A DNA stretch of 64,000 bases from an uncultured delta proteobacterium (GTDB lineage: Bacteria; Myxococcota; Kuafuiibacteriia; Kuafuiibacteriales; Kuafuiibacteriaceae). The translations under genes and the position numbers were made by a program. Position 1 is the first letter of the stretch, and each line of letters begins with the position of its first letter. The stretch spans positions 672,001 through 736,000 of the forward strand of contig CAWDML010000001.1 in NCBI GenBank assembly GCA_963803435.1, given 5' to 3'. Below are positions 9,150-18,177 of this stretch, piece by piece. The notes beneath the pieces are model-generated. The model made no database searches, was not told the origin of the DNA, and worked only from the letters and a program-made list of their open reading frames with translations.

Positions 9150-9321
9150 TGGGGATAATTTTGTGAAAACCGTGTGGAAAGGATGTGGATTACAGGCCGG
9201 GACCGACCGCCGGGGTGTGCGACGTTTGTGCAAAAGCTGTGTGGCGGATGTGAAAGCTGTTGAGAACCTGTGGAGACCGGTCCGTAAGGGCCTGTAGCTC
9301 CAGGAATTTCGCTTTTCACAG
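9150..9321. promoter_or_regulatory. Cluster of DnaA-box-like 9-mers
   Basis: TGGGGATAA 9150, TGTGAAAAC 9162, TGTGGAAAG 9173, TGTGGATTA 9184, TGTGCAAAA 9227, TGTGAAAGC 9249, TGTGGAGAC 9269, versus consensus TGTGGATAA. Confidence 0.5.
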
Positions 9322-9526
9322 GTACAACACGGAACTCGCGATCAGGGGTTCGGAGGCGGGCGCAGCCGGGCTCCGCGCCGGCCTGTGAATTGTCCAGGCC
9401 AGCCCGGTGCCCCCAGAAAACCAGCAGGGGTCGCGCGTTATTTCCGCATGAAAAAGAGGTCTCGGATTGGCGGAGTTTTTCGCAGGTCAGCTTGCGCAAG
9501 ACGAGTTGCGCAAGACAGCTTGCATG

Positions 9527-10123
9527 TCAGAAGACGAACTTCGCGGTCTTAGTGACGTCATCGTTCCCCGCGAACGTGGGGAACCGGATGTGGCGGGCCT
9601 GCTTCTCGACGCACGGGGCGAGCGTGCGCGCATCGTCGTTGCTGGCACCGACGACCTTCGACTCGACGACGTTGCCGTTCGCGCGGATCGTGAACGCGAC
9701 CTGGAGCGCGCCGGAGAGCCGGTCGCGCTGCGAGACCGTGGCGATACAGCTCTTCACGCCGGACCAACCGCCCACCGTGGACTGGAAGTCGAAGTCCGAG
9801 AGCCCCGTGATCTCCTCCTCCACCTCGTCCTCGGGCTCGTCGACGGCCTGCACCGCGCGACGCCGGATCGTCCGGGGCGCCGGCGCCGGCTGGGGCTCGA
9901 CCATCTCGGGCTTCTTGTTGAGGCCGAGGAGCGCGTCCTTCAGCGCCGCGTCTTCGACGGGCGCAGCCTCTGCGATCGCAGGCGCCGGGTCCGGCGCGCG
10001 CGTCATCTCGCGGCTCGGCGGCGGCACGGCCTTCGGCGCCGGCTTCTTGTCCCCCGCGAACAGCAACAGCGCGGCGAACACGACAATGAGTGCAAGGATG
10101 GAAAGGATGATGCTCTTCTTCAT
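9527..10123 (-). CDS. Membrane-anchored protein with AgmX/PglI (TonB-C-like) C-terminal domain
   Basis: N-terminal TM helix, Pro-rich linker, then VKSCI...LSGALQVAFTIRANGNV...CV...IRFP. Confidence 0.75.
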   Translation of the reverse strand: MKKSIILSILALIVVFAALLLFAGDKKPAPKAVPPPSREMTRAPDPAPAIAEAAPVEDAALKDALLGLNKKPEMVEPQPAPAPRTIRRRAVQAVDEPEDEVEEEITGLSDFDFQSTVGGWSGVKSCIATVSQRDRLSGALQVAFTIRANGNVVESKVVGASNDDARTLAPCVEKQARHIRFPTFAGNDDVTKTAKFVF

Positions 10124-10185
10124 GCGTCGTCTGGGCTCCAACTATACAGACACCCGAGGCCTCATTGCTCGGTCGGTGTTATGAG

Positions 10186-11151
10186 GTGCTCGTGCGCTAT
10201 CTCTCACGTGCTGACATCGAGCAGATCGGTCTCTCCATGAAGGAGATCATCGACAGCGTGGAGGATGTCTTGAGGGAGAAAGGTGAGGGACGCGTCGAGA
10301 TGCCGCCCAAGCCCGGGATCCATCCGGCGCAGAACGCCTTCATCCATGCGATGCCCGCCTACGTGCCGCGTCTGGGCGCCGCCGGCATGAAGTGGGTCTC
10401 CGGCTATCCGCAGAATCCGGCTCGAGATCTGCCGTATATCAGCGGTCTCTTGATCCTGAACGACCCGGAGACCGGCGTCCCGATCGCGCTCCTCGACTGT
10501 ACGTGGATCACGGCGATGCGCACCGCTGCGGCGTCGGCGGTGGCAGCCCGCCACCTCTCCCGCGCGACCCCCGTGCTCGCCATGCTCGGTTGTGGCGTCC
10601 AGGGGCGCAGCCACCTCGAGGCCCTCACCCTCACCTTCCCCAGCCTCGAGCGGGTTCAGGCCTACGACACCAACCCCGCCGTGCTGTCACGGTATGCCTC
10701 CTGGGGCCGCGAGCGATTCGGCGTCGAGGTCCTGGAGGCCGGCGATCCCGAGCAGGCGGTCCGCGGCGCCGGCATCGTCATCACCGCCGGTCCGATCCTC
10801 ACCGCGCCCTCCCCCGTCATCCGGGCCGACTGGCTCGCGCCCGGCGTCTTCGCCTGTCCGATCGACTTCGACTCGTACTTCACGGGCGAGGCCTTCCGCG
10901 CCGCCGATCTCCTGGTCACCGACGACGTGCATCAGCTCCGCTACTACCGGGACGTGGGCTACTTCCGCGACACGCCCAACATCGGGCTCGATCTCGGCGC
11001 GATCGTCGCGGGAAAGGAGCAGGGACGCACGGCTCCGGCGCAGCGGATCATTGCGGTCAACCTGGGCATCGCGATCGAGGATCTGGCGGTGGCCGTCCGG
11101 CTCCTCGAGCGTGCGCGCGCGCTCGAGATCGGCGTCGAGCTGCCGCTCTGA
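10186..11151 (+). CDS. Ornithine cyclodeaminase/mu-crystallin family protein
   Basis: HAMPAY, GMKWVS, ITAMRTAAAS, GCGVQG, NLGIAIEDL. Start uncertain (10165 or 10186). Confidence 0.9.
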   Translation: MLVRYLSRADIEQIGLSMKEIIDSVEDVLREKGEGRVEMPPKPGIHPAQNAFIHAMPAYVPRLGAAGMKWVSGYPQNPARDLPYISGLLILNDPETGVPIALLDCTWITAMRTAAASAVAARHLSRATPVLAMLGCGVQGRSHLEALTLTFPSLERVQAYDTNPAVLSRYASWGRERFGVEVLEAGDPEQAVRGAGIVITAGPILTAPSPVIRADWLAPGVFACPIDFDSYFTGEAFRAADLLVTDDVHQLRYYRDVGYFRDTPNIGLDLGAIVAGKEQGRTAPAQRIIAVNLGIAIEDLAVAVRLLERARALEIGVELPL

Positions 11152-11153
11152 CC

Positions 11154-11981
11154 TCACCCCGGCCAGGGCTTCAGCATCATCACCTGGGTCGCGAACGCCA
11201 CCAGTCGGCCGTCCTCGTCGAAGAGCTCCACCTCCGCGCTCGCGATCCCGCCGATCGCGCGCCGGCACAGGCCCGAGATCAAGAACCACTCGCGCTCGGT
11301 GCGCTCGAAGAAGTGCAACGTCAGATCGAGGCTCGGCGCCATGAACCCCGCCTGCGCGCGCCCGAGCTTGTTCACCAGCGAGGGCGGCATCAGATCGACG
11401 ATCGGGGCGTACGCGATCGGATCGATCGTCCCGTCGGCCGACCGAGGCGTTTCGCGGTAGCGAATCCAGCGGGCGTAGCGGGCCGGGCCCGGCTCCCAGT
11501 CCGCCTCCTCCCAGGAGAGGTGGCCCAGCGCGAGCCGATGCTCGAAGTTCTCGAAGAACCGCATGCGCCGGCGGGGGTTCGGCGGTGCCGGAGGGAGCGT
11601 CGAATGGTGCGGCACCTCCGGCATCGCGGCCTCCACGGCGTCGGGTTGGCGGTCGCGATGACGACCGAAGGTGGCGAGGGCCTCGAGGCCAGGCTCGCGG
11701 CCGGGGCCTCGGAGCGAGACCGCGCATTGAACGAAGGTGGCGCCGCGCCGCAGCACGCGCACCTCGATCGATAGCGCGCCCGCAGCCACCGGCGAGCAGA
11801 ACAGTGTGGTCACCGACACCGGCGAAAGCTCGTCGCCGATCTCGCGCCGCATCGCCTCGAGCGCGACCGCCAGCAAGACGCCGCCCCCCGGCGTGAAAAA
11901 GCTCCAGGCGTCGGAGAGCTCGGCGGTGTACCGACCCTCTCCGCGGGGCTCGACCGCGATCTCCTCGAGCAATGCTCCCAC
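11154..11981 (-). CDS. Acyl-CoA thioesterase (TesB-like double hotdog)
   Basis: W...PGGGVLLA, VLRRG, DLMPP, SLDLTLHF, ELFDEDGRLVA. Confidence 0.85.
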   Translation of the reverse strand: MGALLEEIAVEPRGEGRYTAELSDAWSFFTPGGGVLLAVALEAMRREIGDELSPVSVTTLFCSPVAAGALSIEVRVLRRGATFVQCAVSLRGPGREPGLEALATFGRHRDRQPDAVEAAMPEVPHHSTLPPAPPNPRRRMRFFENFEHRLALGHLSWEEADWEPGPARYARWIRYRETPRSADGTIDPIAYAPIVDLMPPSLVNKLGRAQAGFMAPSLDLTLHFFERTEREWFLISGLCRRAIGGIASAEVELFDEDGRLVAFATQVMMLKPWPG

Positions 11982-12083
11982 GGGCCCATCTTCGATCGGG
12001 CCCGCCCGGCGCGGAACCCCCGGATCCCGCCGCCTTGGACAGCGGTTAGATCCGATCCCGCCCTCACCCGTTTCCACCCGGCG

Positions 12084-14336
12084 ATGCGCACCGTCACCCT
12101 CGCCCTTGCCCTCCTCCCCGCCCTCGCCTCCGCGTCCGCGCACGCGGAGGAGGACCGGGTCGGCGCCCCATACTTCGTGATCGAGAGCGATCAGCCCGGC
12201 GCCGATCGCCTGCCGCTCAAGGAGACCAGCGCCTCGGTCGACATCGCCGGCGTGATCGCGAAGGTCGCGGTCACCCAGGTCTACCAGAACGAAGGCGCCC
12301 GCCCGATCGAGGCCATCTACGTCTTTCCCGGCTCCACCCGCTCGGCGGTCTTCGGAATGGAGATGACGATCGGCGAGCGCACCATCGTGGCCAAGATCGA
12401 GAAGAAAGATCAGGCGCGCGCGCTCTATGAGCGGGCGAAGTCGGAGGGGAAGAGCGCCAGCCTGCTCGAGCAGCACCGACCCAACGTCTTCCAGATGAAC
12501 GTCGCCAACATCATGCCGGGCGATCGGATCGTGGTGAAGCTGTTCTACACCGAGCTCCTGGTTCCGGAGGACGGCACCTACGAGCTGGTCTATCCCACGG
12601 TGGTCGGCCCTCGCTACGCGAACGGCGCCTCCGGCACGGACGAGCGCTGGACCCAGAACCCCTACCTCGGCGAAGGCGCGCCGCCGCCGTACCGCTGGGA
12701 CCTCACCGCGCGGATCGACGCAGGCATGCCGATCGAGGGCGTCAGCTCTCCCTCCCACCAGGTGTCGCCGCGGTTCGACGGCACGCACAAGGTCACGATC
12801 GAGGTCGATGACGAGCGCGGCGGCAACCGCGACTTCGTCCTTCGCTATCGCCTGCAGGGCCGCGCCATCCAGACCGGTCTCCTCACCTTCCAGGGCAAGG
12901 ACGAGAACTTCTTCCTCATGATGATGCAGCCGCCGGAGCGCCCAGCTGCCAACGCGATCCCGCCGCGCGAATACATCTTCGTCATCGACGTCTCCGGCTC
13001 GATGGGCGGCTTCCCGCTCGAGACCTCGAAGGCGGTGATGCGGAACCTCCTGGGCGGGCTCAAGGGTCAGGACCGCTTCAATCTCCTGCTCTTCGCAGGC
13101 GGCAACACCGTCATGGCGAATCAGAGCGTCCAGGCCACCCGCGCGAACATCCGCAAAGCCATGCGGATCATCGACCACCAGCAGGGCGGCGGCGCCACCG
13201 AGATCCTCCCCGCCATCCAGCGCGCGCTGGCGATGCCGCGCGATCGCGAGATGTCCACCACGATCGTGGTGCTCACCGACGGCTACGTCTCCGTCGAGAC
13301 CAAGCTCTTCGACCTGATCCGCAAGAACCTCGACCGCGCGAACCTGTTCGCCTTCGGGATCGGCAGCTCGGTGAATCGCAACCTGATCGAAGGGATGGCG
13401 CGCTCCGGCATGGGTGAGCCCTTCGTGGTCCTCGACGCGGCCGCCGCCCGCGAGACGGCGAGCCGATTCAGCCGGTACATCGAGTCGCCGGTCCTCACGA
13501 ACATCGGCCTTCACTTCGACGGGTTCGACGCCTACGACGTGGAGCCGAGCACCATCCCGGACCTCTTCGCACAGCGCCCCCTCATCGTCTTCGGGAAGTA
13601 CCGGGGTCCGGCACAGGGCCGCATCTCCGTCGAGGGGCACAACGGTCTGGGCGCGTTCACCAGCGCAGTCTCAGTGGCGGACGCGACGCCCTCCCAGAAC
13701 AACGAGGCGCTCCGCTGGCTGTGGGCCCGCCATCGGATCGCGAACCTCGCCGACGTCGGTCAGCTCGGGCGCGACCCCTCGATCGAGGCCGAGGTCACCG
13801 CGCTCGGCCTCCGCTATCACCTGATGACCGAGTACACGAGCTTCATCGCGGTCGACAGCGATCGGCGCAACTCGGACGGAAACAGCGTGACCGTGGAGCA
13901 GCCGCTGCCGCTGCCCCAGGGGGTCTCGGGGCTGAGCGGTCCCGCCCGCACCACCGTTGCCCGCCATCGTAGCGTCGCGCCAAAGCCCGCCGTCGAGCCG
14001 GCGCCGGCACCGGTGGCGGTGGGCGGCGAGGCGGTCGACGAGGACATCAGCGTCGCCGAAGAGAAGAGCACCCGCCGCGGAGTCGTGATCACGGGAGGGC
14101 CGGAGAACGTGCGCCAGCTCCTCAGGTCGAGGTCCGACGCGCTCGGCCAGTGTACGAACGGATCGTTCCGCCTGCGGCTGGCCATCACGGTGGGCGACTC
14201 GGGCCGCATCAAGTCGATCTCCGTGGTCGAATCCAGCGGGAATCGCGGCACCGACGGGTGCGTGATCCGCCTCCTCAAGACCCTGCGCTTCGCGCCGTCG
14301 AACCGGTTCGAGGTCACGATCTCGTTCGCAGGTTGA
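12084..14336 (+). CDS. Secreted VIT + vWA domain protein with C-terminal AgmX/PglI-like domain
   Basis: Signal peptide, VIT region (VTQVYQN...IEAIYVFP), MIDAS DVSGSM...GGT...LTDG, and a C-terminal two-Cys TonB-C-like domain. Confidence 0.9.
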   Translation: MRTVTLALALLPALASASAHAEEDRVGAPYFVIESDQPGADRLPLKETSASVDIAGVIAKVAVTQVYQNEGARPIEAIYVFPGSTRSAVFGMEMTIGERTIVAKIEKKDQARALYERAKSEGKSASLLEQHRPNVFQMNVANIMPGDRIVVKLFYTELLVPEDGTYELVYPTVVGPRYANGASGTDERWTQNPYLGEGAPPPYRWDLTARIDAGMPIEGVSSPSHQVSPRFDGTHKVTIEVDDERGGNRDFVLRYRLQGRAIQTGLLTFQGKDENFFLMMMQPPERPAANAIPPREYIFVIDVSGSMGGFPLETSKAVMRNLLGGLKGQDRFNLLLFAGGNTVMANQSVQATRANIRKAMRIIDHQQGGGATEILPAIQRALAMPRDREMSTTIVVLTDGYVSVETKLFDLIRKNLDRANLFAFGIGSSVNRNLIEGMARSGMGEPFVVLDAAAARETASRFSRYIESPVLTNIGLHFDGFDAYDVEPSTIPDLFAQRPLIVFGKYRGPAQGRISVEGHNGLGAFTSAVSVADATPSQNNEALRWLWARHRIANLADVGQLGRDPSIEAEVTALGLRYHLMTEYTSFIAVDSDRRNSDGNSVTVEQPLPLPQGVSGLSGPARTTVARHRSVAPKPAVEPAPAPVAVGGEAVDEDISVAEEKSTRRGVVITGGPENVRQLLRSRSDALGQCTNGSFRLRLAITVGDSGRIKSISVVESSGNRGTDGCVIRLLKTLRFAPSNRFEVTISFAG

Positions 14337-14370
14337 TCTCTGTCCCGCGATCGGAGAGACGACGGCCCGA

Positions 14371-15573
14371 GTGGAGATCCTGTTCGTCTCTCACCGCTTC
14401 CCCTATCCCCCGAAGGACGGCGCCAAGATCCGCGCGTTCTACGTGATCAAGCACCTCGCTGAGGCGGGTCATCGCGTCACGGTCGCCTCGATGGTTCGCT
14501 CGAGAGAGGAGGAGGAGGAGGTCTCTGGCCTGAAGCCGTACGCGACGGAGATCCTGGTCGATCGCGTCCGCCAGCCGCTCGCGATCCTGGAGATGGTCCG
14601 CCGCCTCCCCACCCGATCCCCCTCCTCGATGGGCTTCTTCTGGTCGAAGCGCCTCGCCGATCGGATCGAGCGCGCGCTCGCGTCCAAGCGATACGACCTC
14701 ATCTTCGTCTACTGCTCGTCAGTCGCCCAGTACGTCGACCGCGCGCCGGGCGTCCCCATGATCCTCGACTTCGGTGACATGGACTCCCAGAAGTGGCTCG
14801 CCTACGGGAGCTTCAAGCCCTTCCCTCTCTCGCTCGGCTACTACCTCGAGGGCCTCAAGCTCCAGCTTGCGGAGGCGGAGCTCGCCCGCCGCTTCGACAC
14901 CTGTCTCGCGACCACCGCGGCCGAGATCCGGACGCTCGACGGCTACCTGACCGGCTGCCACACCGACTGGTTCGCCAACGGCGTCGACGCCGAGCGCTAC
15001 CAGCCGAGCCACGCCCCCTACGATCCCGACATGCTCTGCTTCGTCGGCCGCATGGACTACTACCCGAACGAAAAGGCGATGGTCGACTTCTGCCGGGACG
15101 TGCTCCCCGAGATCCAGCGTGTCCGTCCCGCCACCAAGCTGACGATTGTGGGCGCCGAGCCGTCGCGCCGCGTTCGCGACCTCGCCGAGCACTCCGGCGT
15201 CACCGTCACCGGGTCCGTCCCCGAGGTCCAACCATACGTGGCCCGGGCCGCCCTCACCGTCGCTCCGCTCACCATCGCGCGCGGCACGCAGAACAAGATC
15301 CTCGAGTCGATGGCGATGGGCGTACCCGTGGTCGCCAGCCCCCTGTCCGCCGGCGGCGTCGACGCCGACCCCGAGGCTCACCTCCTCGTCGCGGACCGCC
15401 CCGCGGAGTGGTCCGCTCAGGTCCTCCGCGTGCTCACCGATCCCAGCCTCCGCGGACGCCTCGCCGAAGCCGGCCGCCAGCGGATGCTCACCCACCACGA
15501 CTGGACCCGCTCGATGGAGCGGCTGGACGGGATCATCGAGGAGACGATGGCCCGCGCGAGGGCGGTCGAGTAG
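14371..15573 (+). CDS. GT4 glycosyltransferase, TIGR03087 (PEP-CTERM/XrtA-associated) type
   Basis: HRFPYPPKDGAKIR, DFGDMDSQKW, FVGRMDYYPN, ARGTQNKILESMAMG. Confidence 0.9.
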   Translation: MEILFVSHRFPYPPKDGAKIRAFYVIKHLAEAGHRVTVASMVRSREEEEEVSGLKPYATEILVDRVRQPLAILEMVRRLPTRSPSSMGFFWSKRLADRIERALASKRYDLIFVYCSSVAQYVDRAPGVPMILDFGDMDSQKWLAYGSFKPFPLSLGYYLEGLKLQLAEAELARRFDTCLATTAAEIRTLDGYLTGCHTDWFANGVDAERYQPSHAPYDPDMLCFVGRMDYYPNEKAMVDFCRDVLPEIQRVRPATKLTIVGAEPSRRVRDLAEHSGVTVTGSVPEVQPYVARAALTVAPLTIARGTQNKILESMAMGVPVVASPLSAGGVDADPEAHLLVADRPAEWSAQVLRVLTDPSLRGRLAEAGRQRMLTHHDWTRSMERLDGIIEETMARARAVE

Positions 15574-15677
15574 CGAGTGCGCAGACCGACCGAAACAGCA
15601 AACGGGGGACCCGGACCCCCCGCGGGCCACCTCGATCGAGCTGTCGAATCGGATGACAATTTGCGGATCGGGTCATA

Positions 15678-15907
15678 ACCGTCACCGTCACCGTCACCGT
15701 CACCGTCACGCATCCACGGCCGCGGCGGACGGATCATGGATCACGGATCACGGATCACGGAGTGATCGTCATCGGAACGAGACGGTCTCCGCGCTCCGTT
15801 TGCGGTCGGCCGTGTTTCGTGGGCCGTCGTTCGTGGGCCGTGTTTCGTCGGCCGTCTTCCGTGGGGCGTGGTTGCGTGACGGTGACGGTGACGGTGACGG
15901 TGACGGT
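15678..15907. repeat. Intergenic inverted repeat built from microsatellites
   Basis: 41-bp arms at 15678-15718 and 15867-15907, containing (CCGTCA)5 and (TGACGG)5. Between them are GGATCAC 7-mers (15731-15760) and four 14-bp units (15808-15863). Confidence 0.9.
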
Positions 15908-15930
15908 CGCGTGTTTTTTTTGGGGGGGGG

Positions 15931-17039
15931 TCAGATCGCCCCCCGATCCTTGATCGCCTGCACCGCCAGCCGTGCCGCGCTCGCCCACGCCGGCGGCGAC
16001 GCATACCTCGGCGCCGGCGCCGCCGTCAGCTCCCCCCGCCATCGCGCCGCCGGCAGATCCCGAAACGTGCTCACCCGCACCCGATCCCGATTCTCCGCGA
16101 GCCATCGGCAGAGCGCGCGGAGCCGGTGGAGGTTCATCGGATCGAGGCGCGCCCCGCGGTACTGGACGTTCGTGTTCCGCAGCAAGCGGAAGGAGTGGGT
16201 GATGCTGGTACAGACGCGAAGCCCGCTGGCCCACATCTGCTCGATCACCGCGATCATCTCGGTGGCGGCGAGGCTGGCCAGGTCGAAGTTTCTGAGGCCG
16301 CCGCGCACGCCGCGGGCGACGACGTTGGTGATGGGTACCTCGAGCAGACCGTTGGGGAGCAGCGCGACGTCGTTGAGCTCGGGCTTGCGCGGGAAGCCGC
16401 AAGCGCCGTGGTCGATGGCCCACAGATCGTAGCTCGAGTCGAAGAGGAGGCCTTCGTCCCGCACCACGTCGCTGCCGCGCGGGTCGAGGCCGAAGCTCCC
16501 GGCGCGAAACGCGAGCGGGCGCTCGCCGGTCCAGCGCTCGATCAGAATCGGCGGCCTCGCGGATCATCTCGCGCTGGTCCTCGATCGCGTAGTCGCGGAG
16601 GAGGCCGGAAGGGGTCTCGCGCTTGGCGCGGGTTCGCTCGAGATCGATCCGGAACTCGGGATGAACGTGGAGCTCGACGTCGTGGCCTCGCTCGACAATC
16701 AGCCGGGCGGCCTCCTCGAGGGGTCGGGGATCGACGATCCGGCTGCCGAGCGGCTCGAAGAAGAAGACGCCGCGCAGACCGTGCTCCTCGAAGACATCCA
16801 TGAAGAGCTCGATGCCGTAGCGGCCGTGGTCGGTTTGGCCCCAGAATCCGGCGGTCGGCGCCCACCGGAGAGAGCGAGGCGTCCTCGAGCGCGCCGCCGA
16901 GCGAGATCTCGGTGTCGATGGTGAAGATGAAGTGGAGCGGCTCCGACAGCGGACGGGGTCCGGACGGCCTGCGGAGCAGGAGGCTGCGGGCACGATCTTC
17001 GAGCCAGGCGGCCGTTCGGGCGAAAGGGGAGCGCGTCAC
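15931..17039 (-). CDS. Polysaccharide deacetylase-family protein, two apparent +1 frameshifts (~16845, ~16546)
   Basis: FTIDTE, GHDVELHVHP, FRAGSF, FDSS, LLEVPI and THSF lie in three frames and join when one base is removed at each site. Confidence 0.8.
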
Positions 17040-17108
17040 GTGGCGCTCATTCTAGGCCGAGCAACGGCCCACGCTCCATCCCGACGATGGAGCGTGGGCC
17101 CAGAGGAG

Positions 17109-18068
17109 CTACTTACGGAGGATGGGCTTGTCCGCCTTGGCCGGGGCCGCCTTCACGGCTGCGGGCGGCGGTGTGTACTGCTGCTGCTGCTGTTGCTGCA
17201 CGACCGGCTTCGAAGGCGGAGGGCTGAAGCTCTGGAAGGCGCGCGGCGCGACGCGGTCGCTCCGGGCGGCCGGGAGCGGCGTGAACGCGCGGGACGCGGG
17301 CGCAGGGGCCAACGACGGCGTGAACGCGCGGTGCGAGCGGGGGGGCGGCGACGCCGGTACCAGTGCAGGCTGGCTTGCACGGAGGGTCGGCGATAGCACC
17401 GCCGGCGGTTGGGAGCGGCGGAGCTCGGGCCGCACCCAAAACCTCTGGGGAACCTGCTGGACCTCCAGCTCGCGGCTGGCGGCGTGCGAGCGGTACGACG
17501 ACGCGGTCCGCGACGGCTTCTCGTGCACCGCGGGCGGAGTCTGGGCGGGGGCCGGCTGCACGTCCGGCACCGGCTGCGCGACGGTGTACGTCGGTGCGTC
17601 CCGCGGGACGCGGAACGCGGGCGGCCGCGGCTGGGCCTGGCCGCGCGCGTCGCGGGCCGGGATCTCCGTCGGCTTCTTCGTGGTCCGGGGCCGCCGCTGC
17701 CAGGAGCCCTGCGTGTACTCGCAGTAGCCGCCGTAGAGGTCGTACGTCGGACCAATCCACGCGTACCCGAGCGGCGCGACCTCCCAATGACCGGGGATCC
17801 AGATCCAGCTCACGCCGTCCCAGTCCCAGTCTCCGGCGATCCAGACCGCGTCCTCGTACGGCTGCGGGGGAACGATCTCGAACAGGCGCGCCGGCGGGAG
17901 CGAGTCGGCGACCATCACCCGCCCGCAGCATGCGCGACCCCGCGAGAGGAACGTGTTCGCGGGGGCGCGCGGAAGCGGATACGGGCGGGCTTGTTGGACC
18001 GGGCCGGCGCACCCGGCAGCGAAGGCGACGAGACCGAGCGTGAGCAGGGGAGTCCGGTTCCAGTGCAC
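17109..18068 (-). CDS. YXWGXW-repeat lipoprotein with Pro/Gln-rich tail
   Basis: Lipobox AAGC. Repeat region VWIAGDWDWDGVSWIWIPGHW...YAW. Confidence 0.75.
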   Translation of the reverse strand: MHWNRTPLLTLGLVAFAAGCAGPVQQARPYPLPRAPANTFLSRGRACCGRVMVADSLPPARLFEIVPPQPYEDAVWIAGDWDWDGVSWIWIPGHWEVAPLGYAWIGPTYDLYGGYCEYTQGSWQRRPRTTKKPTEIPARDARGQAQPRPPAFRVPRDAPTYTVAQPVPDVQPAPAQTPPAVHEKPSRTASSYRSHAASRELEVQQVPQRFWVRPELRRSQPPAVLSPTLRASQPALVPASPPPRSHRAFTPSLAPAPASRAFTPLPAARSDRVAPRAFQSFSPPPSKPVVQQQQQQQYTPPPAAVKAAPAKADKPILRK

Positions 18069-18177
18069 GCTTTCATCCTGCGCTTTCGGGGGCCCGCATG
18101 AAGGGCAAGAAACGCCCGGCCCGGACGAAAGACGGCGGTTCTCGGGGAAAAGATCCAACTGCCCGGGATCACTGGGC

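Noticed and set aside
15808-15863. Short direct repeats as a CRISPR array
   Set aside because: The 14-bp units are contiguous with no spacers, and there are no cas genes in the window.
15931-17039. Deacetylase and other split genes as true pseudogenes
   Set aside because: All breaks share one sequence context and the proteins otherwise lack decay, so a sequencing artefact is more parsimonious.
17178-17199. (CAG)n poly-Gln tract
   Set aside because: An ordinary low-complexity stretch in a disordered lipoprotein tail.
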